In this document: one piece after another, positions 17,656 through 27,527 of the stretch
How positions within the stretch are numbered: the first letter of the stretch is position 1
How the letters are laid out: each line of letters opens with the position of its first letter
From: a virus
DNA length: 64,000 bases
Strand: one strand, 5' to 3'
IMG/VR virus record: IMGVR_UViG_3300048915_000044
Span: 264-64,263 of that record
The notes under the pieces: model-generated
Database searches by the model: none
What the model saw: only the letters and a program-made list of their open reading frames with translations
What the model was told of the DNA's origin: nothing
Program-made: the position numbers and the translations under genes

Positions 17656-18406
17656 CCGGCAGGCGAACCGTATGGCGACATGCCCCGAGCATGGCGACTA
17701 CGAGAGCCGCAACATCCTCAAGTCGATCTGGACGAAATGCCCGGCCTGCGAGGTGATCCGGCGCGAAGCGGAGGCCGCCGAAGCCTTACGGCTTGAAAGG
17801 CAACAGGCCGAGCGGCGGCACGCTGATCGCCTGCGTTGCGCGCGGGTCCCGGTTCGTTTCATTGGACGCACCTTCGATACCTTCAAGGCTTCGACCGACG
17901 CCCAGCAAAGCGCGCTGACCATCGCGCGCGACTACGCCGAGCAGTTTGCCGAGAACTCGCGCCGCGGGCAGGGTCTGATCTTCTCCGGGCTTCCTGGTAC
18001 CGGAAAGAGTCACCTCGCGGGTGCCATCTTGCAATCGATGCTGCACCGTGACGTCTGCTACGTTACTTGCCTCGACATGATACGGGAGGTGCGCGACGCG
18101 TGGCGCAAGGGCAGCGATCGAAGCGAACTGCAGGTGCTTGGAACCTTGGGTGCTCTTGACCTGCTGGTGATTGACGAAGTCGGCGTCCAGTACGGCACCG
18201 AAGGCGAGCAGACCATCATCTTCGACATTCTCGACCGACGGTATCGAGACGTGCGGCCGACGGTGATCCTGACAAATCAGGACAAGGCGGGGCTGAAGAC
18301 GTTCATCGGCGAGCGAACCTTTGACCGCCTCACGGAGACATGCCGCTGGGTTTCGTTCGACTGGAGTAGCTATCGTGCCCAAGCGCGTCGGGACTTGGCG
18401 TCATGA
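17636..18406 (+). CDS. DnaC/IstB-like helicase loader ATPase
   Basis: CPEHG..CPAC zinc site, GLPGTGKS Walker A, LLVIDEVG Walker B, DRRY, R.FDRL. Confidence 0.93.
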   Translation: MTALSLDRQANRMATCPEHGDYESRNILKSIWTKCPACEVIRREAEAAEALRLERQQAERRHADRLRCARVPVRFIGRTFDTFKASTDAQQSALTIARDYAEQFAENSRRGQGLIFSGLPGTGKSHLAGAILQSMLHRDVCYVTCLDMIREVRDAWRKGSDRSELQVLGTLGALDLLVIDEVGVQYGTEGEQTIIFDILDRRYRDVRPTVILTNQDKAGLKTFIGERTFDRLTETCRWVSFDWSSYRAQARRDLAS

Positions 18407-19479
18407 CCGACTACGAACGCGGATTCAACGCCGGTGAACAGGATTCATGGAAGGGTAGGGGGCATCCACTACCTAAGCCTCCAGCCAACATCGCCGACGA
18501 AAGGATGCGGGGCTATTGGGATGGCCGCCTGCCTCGCAATCCTCTCTGGGCGCGTCAGCGCCGCCTTGCGCCAGCCAAATGGGATGCGGAGCGCGAGCGC
18601 TACATGGTGGGGACGAAGGAGGCCGCATGACCTACGCCAGCGAAAAGCGCCGCCTCGAGCTCAAGCACAAAGCCGCGGAGGCGGCTGCACGAATTGACGC
18701 CGCCCGAGAGCGCGTCGAGAAAAAGCACCCGAAGGACTGGGCATACCGACTTCGCGACCGCGAGTGTGCGGGCGAGAAGCTAACCGAGCCGCTGCGTAAG
18801 GCCTGGCGGCAAGCACTCGGAGAGAACTGATGCATCTCAACTGCAAAAAGGATGACATGGCCATCGTGGTTCGCGGGCCGGCCGGCGCCAGGATCCGCAA
18901 CGGTACGGTGGTGACGTGCAAGCGGTTCCTGCCGCTGGCGCGGGATTCGCAGACGGGGCGCACCGCGGAGAATGTCTGGGTGGTGGACTACAAGCCGCCA
19001 CACGACAAGACGGCCGGAGTGTGGTGCGTGGAGGATTTCCGCCTGCAGCCGCTTCCTAAGGCCGGTGATGGCGGGGTCGACGCGCGCGACGTTCTTCTCG
19101 GCCAGAGGACTCCAGCATGAGCCGCCACCGCGACTACCAACCCACGATCGACCGCGCATACAGCCAGATCGAGATCGCCCAGCGCCGCGAGGCCAAACTC
19201 CGCGAGAAGAAGGACGAATGCCACCGCGAGATGCTGCGAGCCCAAAACGCGGCAAGGATCGCCAACGAAGAGGCGGACGCGCTGCGGGATCGCATCACGG
19301 GGCTTGAGCAGAGCGTGCGTGATCTGCGTGGAGACAACGCGAAGTTGAGCCGAGAGCTCAAGAGCGAGCGCGATTTCATTCACACGATGCGGCTTGAGGC
19401 GGAAGCGCGCGCAAAGCCATGGTGGGACGGGATGCGCGAGTGGTTCCGCGACATGCTGCGAATCGGGGCCGAGGCGTGA
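18403..19479 (+). CDS. Small hypothetical genes (18403-18630, 18627-18830, 18830-19120, 19117-19479)
   Basis: Coupled short ORFs; the last is coiled-coil. Confidence 0.65.
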
Positions 19480-19982
19480 TCCGTCAGCGCGTCCCGATGA
19501 AGCGGACGGCCTTCAGGCGCAAGCCTGTCCGCGTCACGCTGCCGCTGGACGACGACCAGGCCGTCACCATCGAGCGAGTGCTTCCGCGGCTGTACCGCAT
19601 CCCGGCGTCGAGTGAGCCGCGCGCGCTGGTCTCGACGCCGAAGTTCCAGTACGTCCGAAACGCGAAGCTGATCGAGGCCTACCGGCTGATCCCGTGCCAG
19701 TTCTGCGGGTACTGGGCGAAGGGCGAGATCGTCGGCGCGCACAGCAACTGGGAAGTGCACGGCAAGGGCAAGAGCATCAAAGCGAGTGATCAATTCGCGG
19801 CTTCGGCCTGCACGACGTGCCATCACGAACTCGACCAGGGCAAGAACTGGAGCGAGGCCGAGCGCCGTCGCCGCTGGTGGGATGCGCACGTCAAAAGCGT
19901 GCGCCGACTCGTCGCTGCGAACTACTGGCCGGCGACAGTCGAAATCCCCGACACATCAACGTTTCCCAAGGAGTGGGCATGA
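19476..19982 (+). CDS. DUF968/DUF1364-like nuclease-domain protein
   Basis: CQFCG...AHSN..HGKG..KASD.F...C.TCH.ELDQG. Confidence 0.8.
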   Translation: MIRQRVPMKRTAFRRKPVRVTLPLDDDQAVTIERVLPRLYRIPASSEPRALVSTPKFQYVRNAKLIEAYRLIPCQFCGYWAKGEIVGAHSNWEVHGKGKSIKASDQFAASACTTCHHELDQGKNWSEAERRRRWWDAHVKSVRRLVAANYWPATVEIPDTSTFPKEWA

Positions 19983-20188
19983 ATCCGCCAACCGTTCGCA
20001 TCGGGGCCTTGCGAGCACCCCGTGGACTTCGTGAGGCGCGCAAGCGCTATGCCGCCGAGCATCGCGCAATGGCCGCTGCTAGGGAGCGCTCTGCGGCCTA
20101 TCACGCGGCTAAACGAGCCGTTGCGGCAGACTTGAAGTCGGCGCCAGAGGTGATAGACCACGGATTCTGGAGCCGACTATGGCGCTGA
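19979..20188 (+). CDS. Hypothetical protein
   Basis: Coupled ORF in the nin-like region. Confidence 0.55.
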   Translation: MNPPTVRIGALRAPRGLREARKRYAAEHRAMAAARERSAAYHAAKRAVAADLKSAPEVIDHGFWSRLWR

Positions 20189-20198
20189 GGCATGCCGC

Positions 20199-20651
20199 AT
20201 GACCGAAGCCCTCGACGTCATCGTCAGCACCCGCGAGGGCGCGCACAAGGTCGCCAAGCTCGCCTACGACCGGGCGCGCAACCTAATCGCCGACGGCCGC
20301 AAGGTACGAATCCTGGCCGAGGAGGCGGAAGACACGCGCTCGCTTCAGCAATCACGGTTCTACTGGGGCGTCGTGCTGGCCGAGATCAGCGAACAGGCCC
20401 GCATCGGCGGCGACCGCTGGAGCGCGGAGGCCTGGCACGAGTACGGCAAGCGGACGTTTCTCGGCTACGAATTCAAGCGCATCACGGTGGCAGGACGGAA
20501 GCGCAAGTCAACCACGAAGACGCTGCGCTCGACCACTCGCTTGTCCGTCAAGCGCATGAGCGAGTACCTTGACAAGGTGATGGCCTTCGCGGCGACTGAC
20601 CTGGGCGTGGTCTTCAGCGAGACGAAGTGGGAGAGGTATCGCGGTGAGTGA
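20199..20651 (+). CDS. NinB-like protein
   Basis: RSL.QSRFYWG..L.EISEQ...W..E.WHEY.KR.FL...STT.LSVK.MSEYLDKV. Confidence 0.85.
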   Translation: MTEALDVIVSTREGAHKVAKLAYDRARNLIADGRKVRILAEEAEDTRSLQQSRFYWGVVLAEISEQARIGGDRWSAEAWHEYGKRTFLGYEFKRITVAGRKRKSTTKTLRSTTRLSVKRMSEYLDKVMAFAATDLGVVFSETKWERYRGE

Positions 20652-21132
20652 ACCCATCACGTTCTTCGTCCCCGGCCAGCCGCAGGGCAAGGGCAGGCCC
20701 CGCATCGGCAAGATCGGCGGCTTCTCGCGCATGTTCACGCCTGAGAAGACCGTCGCCTACGAGGGCCTGATCGCATTCGCCGCGCGCCAAGAAATGGCCG
20801 GCCGGGAATTGTTGACCGGTCCGGTGTCAGTGCGCCTCTCCATCGACTTGACCGTGCCGACGAGCTGGTCGCAAAAGAAGCAACGCGACGCGATTGATGC
20901 GCGGGTGCTGCCGACGACCAAGCCGGATTGCGACAACACCATCAAGGCTGTGTTCGACGGACTCAACGGTGTCGCGTGGAGGGATGATGTCCAAGTAGTC
21001 GACCTGACCGTCAGCAAGCGGTACGCGAAGATCCCCGGCGTGCTCGTCAGCATCCGCTCAGTCCAGCAGCCCGCGCCGCAAGATTTTCGGCAAAGCGTGG
21101 CTCTGCTTGCCAGTTTTGGGCGTGTCCGCTGA
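20644..21132 (+). CDS. rusA: RusA Holliday junction resolvase
   Basis: PQGKGRPR...KPDCDNTIKAVFDGLNGVAWRDDVQVV. Confidence 0.93.
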   Translation: MSEPITFFVPGQPQGKGRPRIGKIGGFSRMFTPEKTVAYEGLIAFAARQEMAGRELLTGPVSVRLSIDLTVPTSWSQKKQRDAIDARVLPTTKPDCDNTIKAVFDGLNGVAWRDDVQVVDLTVSKRYAKIPGVLVSIRSVQQPAPQDFRQSVALLASFGRVR

Positions 21133-21175
21133 CAATCCTTGCAATCAGCGTACCCCGCTGAGTAAGGATTGACCT

Positions 21176-22120
21176 ATGAGCACAGAGCCGACGACGATCA
21201 GAGAACGGTACAGCCGCGCGATGTCGAGCAGCCACCTGGAGCTCAACGCCAACCGCCGCGGGGACATCGACGTCATCATGGCGGCCGGCGCCGTCGGGAT
21301 GCCAGACGAGCGCCGCGACGAGAGAGTCCGCACTGGGTACTCCACTCTGCCGATCAGTGCACTCCTTCTTCGCCTCATGGGTGAGTACGACGAGGCCCGC
21401 GGCCCGCGGGCGATCAGCCGCCGCAACTTCGAAACCGATAGCAGCCGCCAGCACGCCCGCGATGTGGCCGCCGATGCCGTCGCCCGCGAGACCGCCCGCC
21501 GCGCCCGCAAGTTCACCGCCGCCAACATGCGGCGCCCTGAGAAGGGCGAAGCCCAGATGACCCCCGACGAGGTTCGGGCCTGCATGGTCAAGGCCGGCGA
21601 AGACCTCCGAGACCAGATCGCCCACGACGCGCGGATGGCTCACGCGTTCGTCCTGATGCGCCTCCAGAGCCTCGCCTCGACCAAGCAAGCCTTTGGTGAG
21701 TGGGCAATGAGCATGGCCATCCGCCGCCGGTTCATGGACGTTGGTCCGCTGCCGGTGGTCGACCCGGACAAGTCCTCGCTCGTAGCTGCGTGGCGCAAGG
21801 GGAAGCTGGCCCAGCAGACCGTCGTCATGGCGCTGGCGGGTCAGGTGCTCGACCTGCTGCTCGACCCGAACTGCTACCGCTGCGAGGGCCGTGGCTTCAA
21901 CGGCGGCTACAGCCAGAACCCCCAACGCCTGTGCAACGACGAGCGCAAGGGCGGCTGCAGCGGCTCCGGCCGTCGGCCCACCAACAAGCTCGGGAACTGC
22001 AAGGAACAGCACGAGTTCGCGGCCTACCTGATGATGGAGGTCGACATCATGCTCGGTCGTACGACGCGCGAGATGAATCAGAAGCTGCGCGACGCGCCGG
22101 AAGCGATGGCGGTCACGTGA
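21176..22120 (+). CDS. Q-like late antiterminator
   Basis: Last early gene; C.RCEGRG...C.GSG zinc finger; followed by a promoter. Confidence 0.75.
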   Translation: MSTEPTTIRERYSRAMSSSHLELNANRRGDIDVIMAAGAVGMPDERRDERVRTGYSTLPISALLLRLMGEYDEARGPRAISRRNFETDSSRQHARDVAADAVARETARRARKFTAANMRRPEKGEAQMTPDEVRACMVKAGEDLRDQIAHDARMAHAFVLMRLQSLASTKQAFGEWAMSMAIRRRFMDVGPLPVVDPDKSSLVAAWRKGKLAQQTVVMALAGQVLDLLLDPNCYRCEGRGFNGGYSQNPQRLCNDERKGGCSGSGRRPTNKLGNCKEQHEFAAYLMMEVDIMLGRTTREMNQKLRDAPEAMAVT

Positions 22121-22145
22121 CATGGGCGGACTGCGCTCCTACAAT
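22117..22145 (+). promoter_or_regulatory. Late promoter (pR'-like)
   Basis: GTGACA-N17-TACAAT overlapping the Q stop codon. Confidence 0.7.
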
Positions 22146-22425
22146 GCGCCCTGAATGAGGCCCCGGGGTGCCGCGGGGTTGGTGAATCTAGCGCATGGCA
22201 AGCGCTCAGGCGTCTTGACTGATCATCAGGGCAAGTGAGCGTGTGAACTTGAGCACGCGGCACACACCCAAAGCGAGCGCGCTTGCGCCCCCAGAATTAT
22301 CGCTGTAGAGTCGCACGCGTCGGGCTTGGTTTCGTCCCGTCCGACGAATTTGCTCCCGCAGGCCCTGCGGGTAAGCCGGCCAGACCGGCAGCCCTTCGCG
22401 GCGCAGCCATTCCCGATTCGTTTTC

Positions 22426-22455
22426 AAAGCCACCCATAGCGGTGGCTTTCGCATT
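22426..22455 (+). terminator. Intrinsic terminator (tR'-like)
   Basis: AAAGCCACC-loop-GGTGGCTTT then CGCATT. Confidence 0.7.
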
Positions 22456-22566
22456 CTGGGGTCGCCGTGGACACCATCTGCATCATCGCGCTCTTGATTG
22501 GGCTCGCTGCTGGTCTGCTTCGCTACGGCAAGCCGCCCCAATCCTGATCCCCGAAAGCCCCCCCCC

Positions 22567-22863
22567 ATGACCGCCACCCTCTCGACCCCGACCACCACGG
22601 CCGTTTTTCCGATCGGCACGCTCGACACGGACTGGACCTTCTCCGTGAGCGGCACGCTGGCGGATGGCTCGGCCTATTCGAACGTCTTCACCTCCGCGGC
22701 GCCGTCGATGTCGGCTGCGTTGCCAGAGGGCGCGACCGTCACGCTCGTGGTGAGCAAGAACGGCGTGAGCTCGCTCCCGTCCGATCCGCTCGTTGTCCCG
22801 CTGACCACCGTCACCCTGTCGGTGCCGGACGCGACCCAGAAGGCCGTCATCTCGGCATCGTGA
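22567..22863 (+). CDS. Small Thr/Ser-rich beta-sandwich-like protein
   Basis: 98 aa, MTATLSTPTT...; composition suggests all-beta. Confidence 0.7.
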   Translation: MTATLSTPTTTAVFPIGTLDTDWTFSVSGTLADGSAYSNVFTSAAPSMSAALPEGATVTLVVSKNGVSSLPSDPLVVPLTTVTLSVPDATQKAVISAS

Positions 22864-23170
22864 TCTTCCGCCGGCTTCTCGCGCACTTGCCGCCCTGCGT
22901 CCTTCGACTGCTGGGGCTTGTGGCGCTTGAGGTGCCGGCGCGCCGGGCGCGCATCCGCGCCTGACCTTCCTCTTCTCTACCGCCGCTCCCGCATCGCCCA
23001 TCCAGGACGTCAGTCCGCGGGCACGGGGAGCAGTCCAGTCGGCGGTGACTTGCAACACCGACAGCTCGCGACGTGGAACGAGCACTCGCGGGAATCTTTC
23101 TCCCCGCGTGAATGGCGGCACGCCCTCACGGGCGCGGCGGCGGGCGCGGGCACCAATCTAGGAAATCTCT

Positions 23171-23914
23171 ATGGCCGACTTCATTGCTGGCGAAGCGGTC
23201 ACGCTTGGCGCGACCGACGGCTCGAAGCCGGGACTGCCTGTCCGCTACAAGGACATGCTCGATGGCACATATGCCCTCGTTGTGTCCACGACTGGCGGCG
23301 GTGGCGGAGCGGGCGACGCTTCGGCCGCGAACCAGACGACGCAGATCACCGCTGCGAACCTGACCAACACTGAGATTGGCGCGCTCACCGAGACCGCGCC
23401 GGCTAGCGACACCGCATCGAGCGGCCTCAACGGGCGATTGCAGCGGATCGCTCAGCGTCTGACCAGCCTGATCGCTGCGCTGGGAACGCCCTTCCAGGCG
23501 GGCGGCGCTCTCGGGGCGGGCTCGGCCATCATCGGCAAGGTCGGCATCGACCAGACCACGCCGGGGACGACCAATGCGGTTGTGGCCTCCGTTGCCGCGG
23601 CCACAACGGTCAGCAGCACCGCCTACGAGACCTCGCACATCCTCAAGGCCAGCGCTGGCACGCTCTTCGAAGTCAGCTTCTACAACTCGTCGACCTCCGA
23701 CCAGTTCTACCAGCTGCACAACTCGGCCAGCCTGCCAGCTGACACCGCCGTGCCGGTTCGCATCATCAAGGTGCCCGCCGGCACTGTCGGCAACTTCGAC
23801 TTCGGTCTGCGTGGCCGCCCGTTTTCCACGGGCATCGTCATCTGCAACTCAAGCACCGGCCCCACCAAGACGATCGGCTCCGCTGACTCGTTCTTCGATG
23901 CGCTTGTCGCGTAA
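23171..23914 (+). CDS. Putative virion appendage protein
   Basis: 247 aa, Gly linker, AGGA RBS, beta-rich C-terminus. Confidence 0.75.
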   Translation: MADFIAGEAVTLGATDGSKPGLPVRYKDMLDGTYALVVSTTGGGGGAGDASAANQTTQITAANLTNTEIGALTETAPASDTASSGLNGRLQRIAQRLTSLIAALGTPFQAGGALGAGSAIIGKVGIDQTTPGTTNAVVASVAAATTVSSTAYETSHILKASAGTLFEVSFYNSSTSDQFYQLHNSASLPADTAVPVRIIKVPAGTVGNFDFGLRGRPFSTGIVICNSSTGPTKTIGSADSFFDALVA

Positions 23915-23926
23915 GGAATCGCGAAC

Positions 23927-24763
23927 ATGAGCTCGAATTTCAGCGCGCTGCGCAGGCAGCATCTCGCGACCTTCAATCCGACCAACTACACGCAAGACGG
24001 CGCGGTCATCGCCACGGGCGGTGGGCCGTACTCGTTCGTCGTACCAGCCAACGTCTATCAGCTCAAGGTCAACGGCGCTGGCCCTGGCGGTGGTGGCGGC
24101 GGCGGCTTTGCCTCGGCTGGCGGCGGCGGCGGCGGCGGCGGATCTGGCATGGCCCGGATCGGCATGCTCATTACCGTGACTCCGGGCGAGACGGTCACGG
24201 TTACCGTTCCCGCGGGCGGCGCTGGCGGGGCCATCGGATCTCCTGGTACCACGCCGGGCACGCAGGCATCGATCGCCAGCACGACGATCGGCACGCTGAA
24301 CCTTGGAGTGGGAAGCGCTGGGTCTGCTGGAGCCTCCACGAATGGCGGCAACGGCGGTAGCGCCGCGCAAGGGTTGATCACCGGCGGTACTGGCGGTGCC
24401 GGCACTGGCGGCGTTGGAGTCGTCGGGACCAGTCTGTTGGCGGCCAACGTTCGCAGCGGTGGCGGCATGTATGTGAGCGGAGGGGCCGGCGGAGCGGTCA
24501 ACTTCGCTGGCGGCTCCGTTCCATGGGGAGGCGGCGGCACCATCGGCACGACTGCTGGCGGCGCCCTGAATGCGTCAAACGGTGGCGGCGGCACTGGCGG
24601 TTCATCCCCCTTCGGGGCGGGTGTCGGCGGTCTGGGCGGCGCGAACGCCCCCGGCGCCTCACCCGCCGCAACCTCCTACGGCGCTGGGGGCGGCGGCGGC
24701 GCCGGCAACCAAGCCGGAGCAGCAGGCGCGAGCGCCTATTTCGAATTCATCTGGGAAGCCTGA
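23927..24763 (+). CDS. Glycine-rich domain protein
   Basis: F.VPANV..L.V...GPGGGGGG...GGGGGSG...G.GG; GAGGGGG...GA.G...F.W. Confidence 0.85.
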   Translation: MSSNFSALRRQHLATFNPTNYTQDGAVIATGGGPYSFVVPANVYQLKVNGAGPGGGGGGGFASAGGGGGGGGSGMARIGMLITVTPGETVTVTVPAGGAGGAIGSPGTTPGTQASIASTTIGTLNLGVGSAGSAGASTNGGNGGSAAQGLITGGTGGAGTGGVGVVGTSLLAANVRSGGGMYVSGGAGGAVNFAGGSVPWGGGGTIGTTAGGALNASNGGGGTGGSSPFGAGVGGLGGANAPGASPAATSYGAGGGGGAGNQAGAAGASAYFEFIWEA

Positions 24764-24765
24764 GC

Positions 24766-25713
24766 ATGACCGCACCCAACGCTTTCCTGGTCGATCTGAA
24801 TTCGACGATCACCCCCAATGTCGGCGTCTCCGTGGACACCTCTGGTGCGCCCACGATGCTGACGCAAGACAGCAGCGGCAACCAGGTTTCCACCCCGGTG
24901 GGCGGCGGTGGCGGCGGCGGCACGCCCGCGAGCTCGATCAGCCCCAAAGCGGCCGGGACTGGCGCCGTCGGCTCGGCGCTGGCCTACGCCCGCCAAGACC
25001 ACGCGCACCCGGTCAACGATGGCGTCGACATCGGCCTGATCAACTCAACCCAGAAGACGCAGATCGCAGCCGGCGCGACGACCGCGCTGCTCAATGCCGC
25101 CAAGACGGCGTTGAAGGATCCGGCCGGCGGCGCCGACGTCAACCTGGGTGTGAGCACCTTCAACGGCCTCACCGACAAGACCAGCGCGGACATCGTCGGC
25201 ACGAACACTGGCGTTGCAGCTGCACTGGCGACCAAGATCACAGTGCCCACCGCTTGGGCGGCGAGCGCTGGCGGGGGAACCCCGACGCTGACCTCCGGTA
25301 CCGCGGTTCTGGGCACAGCCTTCCGCAACACCACTACGGGATACACCACATTCACGACGCCGATCGACACGATCCCTGGCGTCAACTTCGGCGACATCCT
25401 CGAGTGCTTCACCAGCGGCACGTACACGCTGACGCCGGCCAACAACATCATCCCGCCGCTCACACTGGGGGCGACGTACACGCTGCTTTCCAGCGACAAC
25501 GGGCGCGTCTTCAGTACGCCTGTCAACTGCGTGGTGACAGTGCCGACCGGTCTGGGTTCGGGATTCGGGTGCGGTTTCATGGGATCCGGAGCGGTGACTT
25601 TCGCCGGCACTGCGGCGCCAACCGACAACCGCAAGACTGGCTCTACAGCCCCATTCTGCGGACTGGTGTGCTCTTCGGCTGATACATACCAGGCACGCGG
25701 AGAGAAGGCCTAA
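24766..25713 (+). CDS. Putative fibre/appendage protein
   Basis: YARQDHAHP motif; C-terminal YTLLSSDNG..VTVP.GL..GF domain typical of phage fibres. Confidence 0.75.
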   Translation: MTAPNAFLVDLNSTITPNVGVSVDTSGAPTMLTQDSSGNQVSTPVGGGGGGGTPASSISPKAAGTGAVGSALAYARQDHAHPVNDGVDIGLINSTQKTQIAAGATTALLNAAKTALKDPAGGADVNLGVSTFNGLTDKTSADIVGTNTGVAAALATKITVPTAWAASAGGGTPTLTSGTAVLGTAFRNTTTGYTTFTTPIDTIPGVNFGDILECFTSGTYTLTPANNIIPPLTLGATYTLLSSDNGRVFSTPVNCVVTVPTGLGSGFGCGFMGSGAVTFAGTAAPTDNRKTGSTAPFCGLVCSSADTYQARGEKA

Positions 25714-27515
25714 TGCTGCCGAACTATGTCCTGGCTGCTTTGTTCAGCAGCGGGTCAAGCGCGGCCGGGTTTCCGGTTCTATCGAATCCGCCATTTCTTG
25801 TCGTCGGCGACTCGATGGCGCAGAAGGAAAATTTCGCGCTCGCGATTGGAGGCTCGACGCTGACGCGCGACGGTCTCACGCATCTTGGTCGCATCACAGC
25901 CCCGATAACTAACAGCGGATCAAACTCGCTCTGGGGCACGCCGAGAATCTCGATCGTCAATACGACAGACACGTCCTTTGAGGTCATTGGCCGCAACAAC
26001 TTCCAGGACTCGACGACCACCGGCATCAGCATCCACACGCTGGCCGCTGACACCTACGCCTCCCGCCCTTTGACGATCGCGCCATCGACTGGAGCATCGA
26101 CTGGGCAAGCCATCGGCAACGGTGATCTCATCAACCTGGAGCGGTTCACGCATCGAGGCGTGACTCCGCACACCAACGCCCTGATGGGCGGCAGTATCGA
26201 CATCCTGGGCAACCTCGGACACCCGGGCGCGCTGGTGGGTGATGGTGCCGGAAACCTGAGCGCACAGGCGGCGAGTGAACTCGCTTATGCCAAGGCGATT
26301 TGCGCCACGCAGACGAACCCCGTCGTTATCTGGCGGATGGGCATCAACGACATCAAGCCGGGCGGGACCGCTGACAACACATTTGCGTCAGCAAAGAAAT
26401 TCCTGGATGGCTTGACCGGGCTCGATGGCCTCGGCGGAAGCGCTGTCGTCGTCATTCGCTCTTGTTCCTCGGTTGGCTCGGCGGTGACGAACTACGCCAC
26501 GCTCAACGAGCAGGTCATCGGAAAGTGCTCAACATCGAACGTTGCGGGCCTGAGTGTCGACGCGACGCTGTACAGCGGGCATCACACCTACAACTACCAG
26601 CTCTGGGCCTATGCAGTCGCAAACCCAAACAAGTTCTTGTTTGTGGACTGCACCTCACAAAGCTACGACTTCGTTAACCATTCAACCTACGACGCGACGT
26701 TTCCGGATGCCAGCGGCCATACGCATACAGGCGACGGGACGCACTATGAGACGGTGTCCTGCATGTTGCAAGGATACCGGGAAGCCGCTGCTCTAAATGC
26801 GGCGGGAGTGACGGTTCCCGTCGTCGTTCCGCGCAGCGCCGCGGATGCGACGACGCCGGGCGGCCGCACGCGCATGGCAAATCGCGGCCCGTGGGGAAAC
26901 ACAGGGACGAGTACTCCCATAACGACGGGATTTCTTGCTGGCGGTAGTGCCAGCACTCTGCTTCCGAAGGGCGGGGTTGGTGGGCAGCCCCCCGGCTGGG
27001 TGTGTGGACGCACGGCCGGTTCAGGAACCATGGCGGTCTCGGTCTATGACCCATTGGACGGGCTAGGGTTTTGGGTCAACGCCGAGTGCAAGGCGGGGGC
27101 CGCCAACGACGCTTTGTTGATCTACCCATGGGGTAGCTCCGGCGCCTCGCTGGCGACCTACGGCATCAGTAGCAGCACCGATGAGAGCGAGTACCAGTTC
27201 GTATTCGAGTTGCAATGGGATAACGCAACCGCTGCGGGGCTGCTGGGGATTCGCGCGACCTTTCAGACGAACGGCAGCGGTCTCTACGGCTACACCACGA
27301 ACGGCGAGAGCCTGGACGACGGCATTGGCTTCCCGGACACCTCACCCGTCGGCAACCGAAAGATTGCCACTGGTTGGATCCAAATGAGCGATCCGTTCAC
27401 GGGTGGGGTCCAGAAACTAACTTCGCTGACGCCGTTCATTACCGTGCAGATGGGAACCATCCTTGGCGTAGCTGCCAACGTGGGCGTGCGCTGCGTCGGC
27501 GTCAACAAGCGATAG
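25713..27515 (+). CDS. SGNH/GDSL hydrolase-like protein
   Basis: VVGDSMA, LGHPG, MGIND, DGTH blocks. Confidence 0.75.
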   Translation: MLPNYVLAALFSSGSSAAGFPVLSNPPFLVVGDSMAQKENFALAIGGSTLTRDGLTHLGRITAPITNSGSNSLWGTPRISIVNTTDTSFEVIGRNNFQDSTTTGISIHTLAADTYASRPLTIAPSTGASTGQAIGNGDLINLERFTHRGVTPHTNALMGGSIDILGNLGHPGALVGDGAGNLSAQAASELAYAKAICATQTNPVVIWRMGINDIKPGGTADNTFASAKKFLDGLTGLDGLGGSAVVVIRSCSSVGSAVTNYATLNEQVIGKCSTSNVAGLSVDATLYSGHHTYNYQLWAYAVANPNKFLFVDCTSQSYDFVNHSTYDATFPDASGHTHTGDGTHYETVSCMLQGYREAAALNAAGVTVPVVVPRSAADATTPGGRTRMANRGPWGNTGTSTPITTGFLAGGSASTLLPKGGVGGQPPGWVCGRTAGSGTMAVSVYDPLDGLGFWVNAECKAGAANDALLIYPWGSSGASLATYGISSSTDESEYQFVFELQWDNATAAGLLGIRATFQTNGSGLYGYTTNGESLDDGIGFPDTSPVGNRKIATGWIQMSDPFTGGVQKLTSLTPFITVQMGTILGVAANVGVRCVGVNKR

Positions 27516-27527
27516 AGACGCTGCGGA

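Noticed and set aside
24085-24145. (GGC)n run as a repeat array or VNTR
   Set aside because: It encodes the poly-Gly motif of a glycine-rich domain.
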